Virus record (IMG/VR): IMGVR_UViG_3300004807_000018
Coordinates: 18,170 to 82,169 of that record
Length of the DNA stretch: 64,000 nt
Source of the DNA: a virus
Direction: 5' to 3' (one strand)
Part shown: positions 37,247 to 47,180 of the stretch, piece by piece
Numbering within the stretch: the stretch's first letter is position 1
How the letters are laid out: each line of letters begins with the position of its first letter
Notes under the pieces: generated by a model
Database searches by the model: none
The model's input: the letters and a program-made list of their open reading frames with translations, nothing else
What the model was told of the DNA's origin: nothing
Translations under genes and position numbers: made by a program

Positions 37247-38078
37247 TGGCGACCCTCCGCTTGATTTCCTCGGCTTCTCGATCAATCACTTCCGCCACCG
37301 AAAGCGCGGTCTCCTTCTGCCGCCTGGAGCCCTTTGCCTGCTCGTCGTTGATCCATTTTTTGGCCCTGGCTTGCCAGTTCGTGATCACCTGGTTCGAGCC
37401 TGTGACCCACTGGCCAAGGTCGTCCCGCTGGCCGTCGAAGTACAAGAAAAACCCGTCAGCGCAGTCCTGGGTAGATCCGAGCATCGCGAACACGGTCCGG
37501 ACATCGGCAAGGCTCGGGGCCGGATGCTTGGCTTTCTTTCCCTCTTCATTCCGTAACGGCGTTACGGGTGCGTTAGCTTTTTCGCTTTTCGACAGGTTGG
37601 TACCAACTATTAACTCACCTACTGTCTCTGTCTTTGTCAATGTCTCTGTCTCCGTCGCGTGACGGGGTAACGCCGTTACGGTGCCGTTACGCGCAGAATT
37701 TGGGGCATTTTCTGGACGATTTGAACCTGAATTCTCCGCCTTACGCTTCTCGCGCCAACTCTTCTGACGGTCTCGATTACTGGCGTCAACCCCCTGGTAG
37801 AGGTCCCAATTTTCGATGATCCACATGTCGTCTTCGTTACGTAACGCTCCAGACGCGTTAGCAGCCGTTACTAACGCCGTTACGGTGTCGTTAGGTATGT
37901 CGTAGCCGCCCGCGAACCGCTCAAGCAGCGGGGCTTTGCAACGGCCACCCGTGCCGTTGACCTTCACATGTGTGATGATCACCGGCCACACGGCTCGGAC
38001 GTGCCAAGGCAGTGCAGCGAGCCATTTCGACTCGTGCCAATCAACGTTAAGCCTTATCCAGCGAGCGTTCTCTGCCAC
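37230..38078 (-). CDS. Phage replication initiator protein
   Basis: WIRL N-terminus, I.NW..YQ, RDRQ..WRE, ETETLTKTET linker, C-terminal P.L.DV...F...F...W..G...I.NWQA...W; internal iterons. Confidence 0.85.
   Translation of the reverse strand: MAENARWIRLNVDWHESKWLAALPWHVRAVWPVIITHVKVNGTGGRCKAPLLERFAGGYDIPNDTVTALVTAANASGALRNEDDMWIIENWDLYQGVDASNRDRQKSWREKRKAENSGSNRPENAPNSARNGTVTALPRHATETETLTKTETVGELIVGTNLSKSEKANAPVTPLRNEEGKKAKHPAPSLADVRTVFAMLGSTQDCADGFFLYFDGQRDDLGQWVTGSNQVITNWQARAKKWINDEQAKGSRRQKETALSVAEVIDREAEEIKRRVANGTWN
37551..37893. repeat. Iterons / probable replication origin inside the initiator gene
   Basis: CCGTAACG-G-CGTTACGG (37551-37567); TAACGCCGTTACGGTG at 37668-37683 and 37872-37887; several more CGTTAC/GTAACG copies. 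Confidence 0.75.
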
Positions 38079-38080
38079 GG

Positions 38081-38722
38081 TTATTCCTCAGTCAACTCGT
38101 CCGGGAAGCGCCTGACCTTCTGCGATACTCGTGACTTTCTATCTCCTAAATCGGCGGGCTTTTTCTTGTATTCCTTCGCACAATTGGCCAAAACAATGTA
38201 CTTGTCCATAAATGTCTCGCCACCTTTCCCAGCGTCTTCCCCGTATTCCAGGATGATGTGCAGCGCCGATTTCCCCTTGTGCTGCTCCTGCGTTGTTAGC
38301 GGGATGAACTCGCCCCACTTCACGTACTTGTACGAGTCATTCTTTAGGAGTCCCGAGTCCACAATGCCGTCAATGTGAGGCTTGAGGCATGCAATCGCGT
38401 TCTGCTCGTCATGGGGCCTAGCATGAATAGGATTGGGCTCCTTTAGCTTTGGCAAACCGTCCCTTTTGCGCCTAGCGTTACTGGATCTGATCTGGTCAAT
38501 CGAGTCTAGTCGCGCCTGCTCAAAGGGACTGTAGCCCATGAACCAGACGTGATGAATGATGCATCTGCCCTGAATCTGACCACCAGCCATGTGCGGAAGA
38601 GCAGCGACTCTCGCGAGTTCTCGGATGTCCCTAACCACCTTTTCCTTGCCTCCATGGGCACGCTTATTGACGTTGCAAGACGTCCTCCATGGAGGCAGTG
38701 GCAATTCAATAACGATCTGCAT
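38081..38722 (-). CDS. rusA: RusA-like Holliday junction resolvase
   Basis: IELPLPP start; D..N....LK..IDG.V..G....D motif. Confidence 0.75.
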   Translation of the reverse strand: MQIVIELPLPPWRTSCNVNKRAHGGKEKVVRDIRELARVAALPHMAGGQIQGRCIIHHVWFMGYSPFEQARLDSIDQIRSSNARRKRDGLPKLKEPNPIHARPHDEQNAIACLKPHIDGIVDSGLLKNDSYKYVKWGEFIPLTTQEQHKGKSALHIILEYGEDAGKGGETFMDKYIVLANCAKEYKKKPADLGDRKSRVSQKVRRFPDELTEE

Positions 38723-38723
38723 T

Positions 38724-40139
38724 TCAGGGCCTCTTGTTTGAACTCGCAGTCAGCTTTCGCAGCCAATCTTGAATGAAGTCGTTCTTCTTGAATTGAAGGT
38801 TCTTGCTCTGGAACTCGACGAACATCTCGCTGTACGTGTCCCTGATCCACCTGACGCCATCCTTGTCCAGCCGGAACCGGAGGCGCAGTTCGTGAGCCAT
38901 GGCACCTTCTGCAATCGCCCTAAATGCCGCGATGAACTCGGCAGGTTTGAGGTCCTTCGGGTCTACGGAAATGAAAGGTTCGGTTTCCTCTTCCTGGATG
39001 GCCGGTTTGGGCTCGTCCTTTGGCTTTGGTTCCTCGGCTTCGGGGGCCTTCTGCTCGAGTTGTGCAGGGGATCTCAGCAGCGAGACGAGAAGCATCTCAT
39101 CCTGAGCGCTGCGCACGTTTCGCCCAGATCGCAGCACGATGGCCTTCAGTTGCTTGTCAAGCAGTTTGTACTTATCCCTGGTCGCAGCCAGACTGTTTCG
39201 CATGTAGAAGTCGGCAATGGCCAGATCTGAACCTGAAGGAGGACTCCCACTGCTATCGGTCCGAAACATCTTGATTGCACGGCCGAGTTCGGCAACCTCG
39301 ATTCCGAAGTGGTCGGTCGTGGACTCCGTCTGATGTGTCTGGTGGTAGTCGAAGATCTTGCGGTACAGCTCTCTCGTTTCCTCAAGGGCTTTTGCGCCTG
39401 GCTTCGGCTTCTCCTCTGCCGGAGTGTCTGTTTCCTCTTGCTTGGGCTCTGAAGTAGAGGGTGAAACAAGGCCTAGGCTGATTGCGGTTTCAGCCAGTTC
39501 GCCCGCTAGCATCGTGTCGATCGCCGCATTGTCCGATTCTTCGGGCAACTCCTCGACCGAAATTGAGATTGCTTCGGGTGAGTCACCTACCCTGAAGTCT
39601 TTCCATGGCTCTGGCAAGTGTTGCTCACCAACAAAGGGCATCGGTGGTACGATCGGTCGTGCCGGTGCAGTTTGACTATCCTGTCCGGCGATGCCCGCTT
39701 CTGACTCTCGGTGATTCTTCACATAGAGCGGTAGCCGGGGCCTTGGCTCATCGTGCCTTGCGCTCTTGTGCCTTCGAGGACTCTCGGCTTTTGGGCGTGC
39801 GTCGATCAGGAATGACCGCTCCCCGCAGAATGAGACGCTAAAGTTCTCTCCTGGAACAGCTCTGCTCGCGCACACTTGCCGGAGCGCCCCGAGCAGCCCG
39901 CAGCAGGTGGCCTTAGTCCACCTTCGCACGATGTTGTGCCCTATCTCGCCGACCGTGCAGCGGATAAAGCCAGCGTCGGCATCTTCACCGATCTCGATGA
40001 ACAGTTGGCCTTTGCCTCGCTCGGGCAGAAGGACCGCGCTGAGCGAGTCGGACAAACTGACCGCGGACTTGCCGTAGGTGACTTGCAGGACGCCGGAGAG
40101 TGAGTGGACGGGCGATCCGTCGTATGGCTTAAATGACAT
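38724..40139 (-). CDS. Hypothetical protein (471 aa)
   Basis: Long ORF with P/E-rich linkers. Confidence 0.6.
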   Translation of the reverse strand: MSFKPYDGSPVHSLSGVLQVTYGKSAVSLSDSLSAVLLPERGKGQLFIEIGEDADAGFIRCTVGEIGHNIVRRWTKATCCGLLGALRQVCASRAVPGENFSVSFCGERSFLIDARPKAESPRRHKSARHDEPRPRLPLYVKNHRESEAGIAGQDSQTAPARPIVPPMPFVGEQHLPEPWKDFRVGDSPEAISISVEELPEESDNAAIDTMLAGELAETAISLGLVSPSTSEPKQEETDTPAEEKPKPGAKALEETRELYRKIFDYHQTHQTESTTDHFGIEVAELGRAIKMFRTDSSGSPPSGSDLAIADFYMRNSLAATRDKYKLLDKQLKAIVLRSGRNVRSAQDEMLLVSLLRSPAQLEQKAPEAEEPKPKDEPKPAIQEEETEPFISVDPKDLKPAEFIAAFRAIAEGAMAHELRLRFRLDKDGVRWIRDTYSEMFVEFQSKNLQFKKNDFIQDWLRKLTASSNKRP

Positions 40140-40340
40140 TGTAGAAAACCTCCATCTGGGCTTGCTCGATTGCGGTGAGCTGTCGTAAGTGATTGCGGAC
40201 GAAAAATGGGCTCACCAGGTGCGACTTTTGGTCGCGGCCGTCGAGCCACGAAAGCGTTTCGTTTGCGAGTTGCACGGGCGTCCCCTTAGGCGGGAACCTC
40301 AAATCGTCGTGAGCCAGGTGCACGATGTGCGTCAGCCGGA

Positions 40341-41471
40341 TCACGCTGGAACCCCGTTGCGCTGGTGACGGGCCCACCCTATGCGCTCCCGAGCGATTTC
40401 CATGGCGATGGGATTGCTGTCGCAGCCAGCGAAATTGACCCCCTCAAGCACGGCTGCCACCCCAGTGGTTCCGCTGCCAAGGAAGGGGTCGACGATCAGT
40501 GCACCAGGGGGGGCAACGAGACGGATAAGCCAGCGCATGAGCGCGATCGGTTTCACCGTTGGCCAGGGGTTCTTGGCGCTTTCCTTCGTCCCCTCAGACT
40601 GAAAGCCGCCCATCCCACCATGGCCCCATTTCAGAAGCCTTTCCGGGAGCTGCTCGCATCCGAGGTCTCGCTCGCGCCGGGACGCCTTAGCGCAGTAAAA
40701 GAACCGCGAAGCTCCGCCAGCGTCTTCTAGTCTCAGTGATGAGCATTCCTTCTGGCCCTCGAACGGCCTGGAGGTGTTCTTGTGCTTCGCGGACGCTCGT
40801 CTTCTTGGGTTCGCGCCGGACTTCAGAACGCCCGTCTGCTCATCAAGCATCGCCGCAGCGGTCTCGTCGAGCGCCACATTAGCAGGCCACCGCCCAATGT
40901 CACTTGCCGAACCTCCACCCGTGCGAATATCGGTGACGGATCCGGTCTCGCGGGTACCTGAATGGCCTCGATCTCTGGAGCAGTTCGCGGAGTACTGCGC
41001 GTCCGACACTGGGATCCGAGCAGCGTCGATGTGCAACGCTCCACAGCCGTGACCTAGAAGGTTTTCCCGAACCGTGCCGGCGAGTGGCCGACGCGCAACG
41101 GTGATTGGCTCCCATCCAGGTTTCAACGCAGTGCCCCATCCAAGCCACCGGCCATGCTGGTTGTGCGACTTGGGATAGCCCTGCCCGTACAGCCATGTGA
41201 TGTGGTCAAGAACCTCGAAACCCGCATCCTCGATCCTGCACACCTGACGGTGGAAGGTCCGGGTACCACCGAACGCGAGCAGGTAGCCGCCTGGCTTTAG
41301 GGTCTGCAGCGCTTCGGCCCAAACCTCGACGCTTGGAATCTGCGCGTCCCACTCGCTGTCCATGAACGAGAGCCCGTAAGGCGGATCGGTCACGATTGCG
41401 TGAGCCGAGTTGGGCGTCAGGGAGCTCAAAAACGACAAGGCATCCTGGTCACGCAGAATTACATCAGGCAT
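40341..41471 (-). CDS. DNA methyltransferase, N6-adenine/N4-cytosine, beta class
   Basis: VTDPPYG near the N-terminus; PTVKP..LMRWL; VDPFLGSGTTG. Confidence 0.92.
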   Translation of the reverse strand: MPDVILRDQDALSFLSSLTPNSAHAIVTDPPYGLSFMDSEWDAQIPSVEVWAEALQTLKPGGYLLAFGGTRTFHRQVCRIEDAGFEVLDHITWLYGQGYPKSHNQHGRWLGWGTALKPGWEPITVARRPLAGTVRENLLGHGCGALHIDAARIPVSDAQYSANCSRDRGHSGTRETGSVTDIRTGGGSASDIGRWPANVALDETAAAMLDEQTGVLKSGANPRRRASAKHKNTSRPFEGQKECSSLRLEDAGGASRFFYCAKASRRERDLGCEQLPERLLKWGHGGMGGFQSEGTKESAKNPWPTVKPIALMRWLIRLVAPPGALIVDPFLGSGTTGVAAVLEGVNFAGCDSNPIAMEIARERIGWARHQRNGVPA

Positions 41472-42693
41472 GCTTGGCCTCCCAGATGTCGAGGGCTGGC
41501 GTGACACGCGAGCACCTGGCCCGAATCATCTCGCAATACTGTGGATTGGCTTCGATCCCCCAGGCCTCGTGACCTAACTCGATCGCTTGCTCGAGTGTCG
41601 TTCCCGATCCCGCGAAGAGATCCAAAACCCGTCCGTGGGGGGGGGTAGTCGCCAGAATGCATGTGCGCGGGATCTCTCTCGGGAACGTCGCGAAGTGAGC
41701 GCCTTTGTAGGGGCTCGTGCTGATTTCCCACACCGTGCGCTTGTTGCGCGTACCGGTTGAAAAGGTGTCCTTGCGGTCTGGCCTGTGGCTTGCGTTGGTA
41801 TGGCCCGGGACTAGGACATGAAGCTGCTTGCCCGACTCTCTCTTGAAGGAATCGCGAGACCGCTTGGCATAGCCGGATAGCCCCGACTTGGTTCTGAACT
41901 GCCCTTCGATGTCCAGCCCGTACTTACCGTGATCCACGTTTCCGGGAGGTCCTCCGACAGCCTTTTCTGCGATGGCCGCGCAGTCGTAGAAGTATCTGCT
42001 CGACTTCGTCAGATGAAAAATGTATTCGTGAGCCCGGGTGCAACGATCCTTGACACTCTCAGGAAGGGGCGCAGGCTTTGCCCAAATGATGTCGTTGCGG
42101 ATGATCCACCCTCGCTCATGGAGTGCAAGTGCCACTCTCCACGGAATCCCGATCAGGCTCTTCTTGGGAATGCCTTTGAGTGGCATGCGGTTAGGCTGCT
42201 GGTCAGGACCGCAATGAGCCCAACGGTCTCCTTGATGTCCACCTCCTGCATGCTTGCCAATGCGGCCGGCGCCGGTGGCATACGAGTCACCGAGATTCAG
42301 CCAGACCGATCCGTCTTTGCGCAGGACCCGCCAGACTTCGTCGAAGATGCTGACCAGATGCTCAACGTAGAGGTTTGGATGTGGCTCAAGTCCAAGACAT
42401 CCGAGCCAGCCGCCGCACTTACAGCAGACTGCCGACTTACTGACTTTGCGCGTCGCGGAGTGGACGTTCTTGGTGCATCCGACCATCGACGTGCTCCCGT
42501 TCTTCGCAGGCAGCACCGTCTCTTCGAACTCATGGGCGCAATCAGGGTCACCGCCCCAGAACGATGGCTGTATTCCATAGTTTCTGAGTCCGTAGTAAGG
42601 AGGGCTGGTCACCACGGTGTGGAAGAAGTTGTCCGGCAGGCTCTTCACCTGCTCTTGCGCAAACCCCGGAAGGATGTGGAGGCGGTCATTCAT
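41464..42693 (-). CDS. DNA methyltransferase, N4-cytosine-like, beta class
   Basis: VTSPPYY, WLNLGDSY, HFATFP, VLDLFAGSGTT. Confidence 0.92.
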   Translation of the reverse strand: MNDRLHILPGFAQEQVKSLPDNFFHTVVTSPPYYGLRNYGIQPSFWGGDPDCAHEFEETVLPAKNGSTSMVGCTKNVHSATRKVSKSAVCCKCGGWLGCLGLEPHPNLYVEHLVSIFDEVWRVLRKDGSVWLNLGDSYATGAGRIGKHAGGGHQGDRWAHCGPDQQPNRMPLKGIPKKSLIGIPWRVALALHERGWIIRNDIIWAKPAPLPESVKDRCTRAHEYIFHLTKSSRYFYDCAAIAEKAVGGPPGNVDHGKYGLDIEGQFRTKSGLSGYAKRSRDSFKRESGKQLHVLVPGHTNASHRPDRKDTFSTGTRNKRTVWEISTSPYKGAHFATFPREIPRTCILATTPPHGRVLDLFAGSGTTLEQAIELGHEAWGIEANPQYCEMIRARCSRVTPALDIWEAKHA

Positions 42694-43430
42694 GCCGCAC
42701 CGCCAAAGTCGAAGCACATCTGCCCGTTAGTCGCCTTCGTTGGGGTCAGCGAGTCCAGCAGAGCGCTGATGTTCGAGACAATTTCTGTGATGGCCGAACG
42801 CCTGGGCGCTTGCGCCAGGCCCCAGAAAGGGTTCACCCTGGTTGCCCACGTTTCAGTGGTCAGCGCGTTGCCATGAATCACCGTGGCAGGGATGCCCCAG
42901 AGCGTCAGGTTTACGTAACACATGTCGCATGCCAGGGAGCTGATGTCTGTGCAAACCGCTCTCATGTTCAGCGGGCTGTAGCCGCGATCCACAAGTGCCT
43001 CTGCGATCGAAAGCACCATGGCTCCGGATCCGCACGCAGCCTCCTCGACGTCCAGTGGCCGGTCATCGGGGATATCTTTCACAGTGAGTTGGGCCATCAC
43101 CCGGCAGATGTCCATTGGGGTGTAGAACTCACCGCGGTGCGCGGCATCGCTCCTGGAACTCCACTCCATGTGCACCGGCCCGAGGACGTCCGTGAACGGT
43201 CTCTCCTGCATCTCGGAAATCAGTGCGCCGAGCGCGACGGCAAATTCCTGCATGTGCTCGGGCTGCCACCGCTTGGCTTCCTCGAGGTAGTCGGCTTCCC
43301 TCCGCCCCGCCGAGGCAGCGCATGCCGCGAGGTAAACGAACGCGCGAAACACTTCGTGCGAATAGCGTCCGCTCGCCGTAGCGATGCGCTCCAAGACCTT
43401 CGTTGTTGAGGGTAAGTCCTGTGGCTTCAC
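42690..43430 (-). CDS. Short HsdM-like / N-6 DNA methylase-family protein
   Basis: GEFYTP, EAACGSG, DIS, HGNAL; ends before a canonical NPPF/Y motif. Confidence 0.75.
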   Translation of the reverse strand: MKPQDLPSTTKVLERIATASGRYSHEVFRAFVYLAACAASAGRREADYLEEAKRWQPEHMQEFAVALGALISEMQERPFTDVLGPVHMEWSSRSDAAHRGEFYTPMDICRVMAQLTVKDIPDDRPLDVEEAACGSGAMVLSIAEALVDRGYSPLNMRAVCTDISSLACDMCYVNLTLWGIPATVIHGNALTTETWATRVNPFWGLAQAPRRSAITEIVSNISALLDSLTPTKATNGQMCFDFGGAA

Positions 43431-45892
43431 GCTGCGACTGCCTCCGCATCGAGCCCGAACGCTTTGGCGAGCGCGTCGTAAATTGCCTCAGATGGTCTTG
43501 CCATCATGTGGGCACAGTTGGCGCGGATCATCGCCCGAGCTGGCCACGGGCTGACCGAGTTGCCGCACATGTGGACCTGCTCTGTCGCAGTCAGCTTTCG
43601 GCCGTCAGCACCGCGGTCAATCACGTAAGTGTCTGGGAACCCCTGGCAGCGGAAAAGCTCGCGAGGCGTGAGCATTCGCATGCGGATGTCACTCACGACG
43701 TACCTAGTCCAGCCGATCCACTTCTCGACAAACTGGCCTTTTGTGGATCCCGGGAACCACTTTTCCAGCAGAGCAGCGACGAGGGCAGCCTTACCGTTTC
43801 CGGTGCCCGTAATCGTGGGTGACGGTAACTGGAGCGAGGCCCCGACCGAATTGCCGAAGTCACGCTGCATGAACGCACATGTCACGTTGTGCCGGGCACC
43901 ATCCGCCACGATGGTGTGAAGGGGATCTTTCCCTGATGAACATGGGTTCCAGCCCGTGTTGTTGTGATGGAAGTAGACGCCAGCAAGCATCTGCTGAGAT
44001 CCAGTCGTCAGAGTGCTCGATGGATCGTGCGCCAGGGCCCCTTGATGCCCTCGGCTCTCTGTCAGGATCGTGCCGAGCGGATCACGCAAGGATCGACCTT
44101 TGGCACTGTAGAAGCCACCAAAAGCGTGGTCTAGCCAGACTCCAACCACGGAATGGTTGGCCCCCTTGCCCGTGATCGTCGAAACCGGCGCTCCAAGGTG
44201 CTTGCCGTTGCCTGAATTGTCGATCGCATACCCGCCGACGTTCGTCGCGAGGAACGATGCGACCACAGATGCATGGTCCCTCGTCGTGACTGTGGGCAAT
44301 GGTCGGTCAATCCGCGCCGCTTGGGGAGTGCCATAGTACAAATCAAGGCTCATCGCCGTCAGGGCAAACCTATTCTCTGTGCTTTGGGTCCTCAGAGGCT
44401 CGCCGATCTCGCATGATCGAGGAGCGCCACCGTAGTACTGCGAAAGAAACGCTGAGGCGAGCCCTCCGCCATTGCCATCGCAGACCACCGCAGGATACGG
44501 ATCACCGATCGAGCGCGTCCGCATCGCTTGCCCAGGCCTTTCCCCGTATCGAGGAATGAACCAGGACATCGACAGGGCAAGATCGTTCGATCCCGTGACC
44601 GAAGCCAGTGGACGAGCGACTTCCTTGCTTCCGTGCCCCCACCTCTTCGATCGGGCTCCGCCCTCTGAGTGAGCGGTATGGACAAAACAAGGGGACGCGA
44701 TAACCGTGTCAGCCTTAGCCGTGATCGTCGCAAATGGTTCCTCAAGAGAACGTTCGGGCGACTGCCCAGCCCGCCCGCCGCAGCCCGCTGTGTAAGAGGC
44801 AGAAGCCACCGCAAAGCCATTACTCGTGGTGACAGTGCGCAGCGGATCCGAAACGCTCCAATGGTTTGGATCTCTGCCCGTGGTCTTCGAGTTGGCCACG
44901 TTCGCGATGATCGGAGAAGCGACCGCGATTTCACCGCGGTGAGCGGAGGTGATTGTGGGGAACGGCTCGTGAGTCGCTGGGCAACGGCGCGAACCCTGAT
45001 GAGTGATCGGAACAAAGAATGGAGATGCAGATTCGAGAACGTGAATCTTTAGCCCTCGAGCTAGGCGTCCGAACGTGTTGTCAGCCAAAGGCCTGATCGG
45101 GCACTGTTTGCCGTGCTCTTTCGCCCATGCTTTCGCCTCGTCCTTCGTGGCAAACACGGAGCACATCGGGAGCGACCAGTCGATGCACTCGGCTGCAGTC
45201 CGCCAAGGCTTGAGCGCTCCGCTACGTACGGCCGCAGACTTCGGATCTCCGTGTGTGGGTTCGGGCCAAACGATCTGCTCCCCATCGCAGCGAGCGATGC
45301 AGAACCAGCGCTTTCGGATGGTTGGAGCGCCATAGTCACAGGCCCTGAGTTCGCGCCACTCAACCTTGTATCCTTCCTGGCGCAGAGAGCGAACGAACTT
45401 CTTAAAGGTTCTGCCCGCCCGCCCCTTATGAGGTCTAAGGTTGCCGTCCTTTCCACGAAGAGGGCCCCACTTCACGATTTCCTCGACGTTTTCCATCATG
45501 ATTACGCGAGGCTTGACCGTTGCGGCCCACCACTTGACAACCCAAGCGAGCGAACGCCGACGCCTCAAGTTGTCTCGAATAGGCTTTCCGCCACGGGCTT
45601 TTGAGAAAAACGTGCAATCGGGGCTCGCCCACAATAAGCCCACAGGACGCCCGCCGCTGGCTTCTCTTGGGCTCACCTCAAACACGTCAGCCTTGTAGTG
45701 CTCCGTGAGTGGATGGTTGGCCTGGTGCATCGCGACGGCAGACGCGTCGTGATTGACAGCTACGTCTACGGGCTGGCCAGTGGCCATTTCATAGGCCAAG
45801 CTCGACCCTCCGCCACCCGCGAAGAGCACCACGCAAATCTCACGGAACAAGTCAGGTGGATTGGTCAGCGATCGCTCAAAAAGGGACGACAT
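43427..45892 (-). CDS. C5-cytosine DNA methyltransferase with expanded repetitive variable region
   Basis: LFAGGGG, WASPDC, MENV.E, R.RWF, RMLTPREL...QGFP, GNSV. Confidence 0.95.
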   Translation of the reverse strand: MSSLFERSLTNPPDLFREICVVLFAGGGGSSLAYEMATGQPVDVAVNHDASAVAMHQANHPLTEHYKADVFEVSPREASGGRPVGLLWASPDCTFFSKARGGKPIRDNLRRRRSLAWVVKWWAATVKPRVIMMENVEEIVKWGPLRGKDGNLRPHKGRAGRTFKKFVRSLRQEGYKVEWRELRACDYGAPTIRKRWFCIARCDGEQIVWPEPTHGDPKSAAVRSGALKPWRTAAECIDWSLPMCSVFATKDEAKAWAKEHGKQCPIRPLADNTFGRLARGLKIHVLESASPFFVPITHQGSRRCPATHEPFPTITSAHRGEIAVASPIIANVANSKTTGRDPNHWSVSDPLRTVTTSNGFAVASASYTAGCGGRAGQSPERSLEEPFATITAKADTVIASPCFVHTAHSEGGARSKRWGHGSKEVARPLASVTGSNDLALSMSWFIPRYGERPGQAMRTRSIGDPYPAVVCDGNGGGLASAFLSQYYGGAPRSCEIGEPLRTQSTENRFALTAMSLDLYYGTPQAARIDRPLPTVTTRDHASVVASFLATNVGGYAIDNSGNGKHLGAPVSTITGKGANHSVVGVWLDHAFGGFYSAKGRSLRDPLGTILTESRGHQGALAHDPSSTLTTGSQQMLAGVYFHHNNTGWNPCSSGKDPLHTIVADGARHNVTCAFMQRDFGNSVGASLQLPSPTITGTGNGKAALVAALLEKWFPGSTKGQFVEKWIGWTRYVVSDIRMRMLTPRELFRCQGFPDTYVIDRGADGRKLTATEQVHMCGNSVSPWPARAMIRANCAHMMARPSEAIYDALAKAFGLDAEAVAA

Positions 45893-46606
45893 TTACATCC
45901 CTCCTTTCGCAGCGGCCTTGCGCTCGGCATACGGCACAGCTCTACGCTTCGAATGCCCAATCGGATCGAACTCGTGCCGGTGCTCTTCGATGTGCTCACT
46001 GCGAGTCAGACACTCAAGATTCTCAAGAGCGTCGTTCAGTGGGTTGCGATCTTTGTGATGAATGACGCAGCCACGCGGCAGAGGTCCGTTCTCCTTCTCC
46101 CAGACGTGGACCGCGAGTTGCCTCCACTTGTTGGGCTCAGCAATCTTGATCCAAGCCCTAACGACGCCAAACTTATCAGTGCGATGAGTAATAGAGTCAA
46201 CGGGCAAGTAATTGCGCGGAAGAGACCCCGGTGCAAATTCGGTCGCTTGTGATCGCCTTTCACCCGGCTGGAATCTCCGTTGCTTGCTCAGACATCCACA
46301 CGACCTTCTGCGCCCACCCGTTAGGGCGTCCGATCGAAGGTCAATTTGACCGCCGCACTCACAAGCACACCGGAAAACCGCTAATCGCTTACGGTTGATG
46401 CCTAGCAAGCAGATCACCGTCAATTGCCCAAACTTTTGGCCCGACAAATCCCTAATCTTGCGCGTGGGAGCCTTCAGCTTACGGGGAGGCTTTTGGGCCC
46501 CTGCTCCAAAATGAACGCAAGGAGGGCTATCGTAGATGGCTTCCAACGAACTCGGGTTCAAGCCGGACGGCATAACAGCCTTTGATCCTTCGACGAAAGC
46601 AGACAT
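45893..46606 (-). CDS. HNH endonuclease
   Basis: DL.GQKFG.LTV...C.CECG...SCGC N-terminal part; VWE..NGP.P....HHKD.NP.N...ENL. Confidence 0.85.
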   Translation of the reverse strand: MSAFVEGSKAVMPSGLNPSSLEAIYDSPPCVHFGAGAQKPPRKLKAPTRKIRDLSGQKFGQLTVICLLGINRKRLAVFRCACECGGQIDLRSDALTGGRRRSCGCLSKQRRFQPGERRSQATEFAPGSLPRNYLPVDSITHRTDKFGVVRAWIKIAEPNKWRQLAVHVWEKENGPLPRGCVIHHKDRNPLNDALENLECLTRSEHIEEHRHEFDPIGHSKRRAVPYAERKAAAKGGM

Positions 46607-46810
46607 CTACCGTACGCTCCCTGAACCCGCGCAAGATTCGATCTTTGGTACCCCTGCTGTACAAGTCACCCAATAACTTGACTTGCATGTTTTTGCTATC
46701 TCAAGAGCATTTACAGGATTCAATGACCAATTATTAAAACTGTATCGTTTACTCATTAGTCCCTCCATGGGAGATTGACAGGTGACCAAATGCAGTTAAA
46801 CCTAACGGAC

Positions 46811-47026
46811 CTAACCCGCCTGGGATTGCTTGCAACGCTGGAGGTCAGCGATAACTTCAGGGCTCGATCGCTCAAGGCGCTCAAACGCTCGCATGGCTCG
46901 CTGGTGGCAGGGCCAAGACAACGTCTCGGCTATCTCACGCCAGCTCATTCCATCGCTGATCCGCAATCTGGCGATCAACCGCTGTGTCTCTATAGTCGGG
47001 CCCTTCGGCCCCCTCGGTCTGGCCAT
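46811..47026 (-). CDS. Cro-like HTH regulator
   Basis: LR...GMSWREIAETL; divergent from the repressor; ATG at 47026. Confidence 0.65.
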   Translation of the reverse strand: MARPRGPKGPTIETQRLIARLRISDGMSWREIAETLSWPCHQRAMRAFERLERSSPEVIADLQRCKQSQAG

Positions 47027-47059
47027 ATCGAGGACACTATACACCGTAACTTGCACCGA

Positions 47060-47088
47060 TTGATAGCAAACTATATAGCCGCTATAAA
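47060..47088 (+). promoter_or_regulatory. Sigma70-type promoter with CTATATAG palindrome in the spacer
   Basis: TTGATA-N17-TATAAA upstream of the repressor gene. Confidence 0.65.
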
Positions 47089-47180
47089 ATTTGAGGGGGA
47101 GAATTCAAATTCTAGCAACTTTTGCAACACGTACGATGAGCCCAACAGGTTCGCCACCAGGCTGCCTGATAGGAGACATC

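Noticed and set aside
37551-37893. Novel repeat system in the GTAAC/GTTAC cluster
   Set aside because: Explained by ordinary iterons within a lambdoid-type initiator gene.
40341-46606. Complete restriction-modification system
   Set aside because: No REase, HsdR or HsdS was recognised; the adjacent HNH looks like a free-standing homing-type endonuclease.
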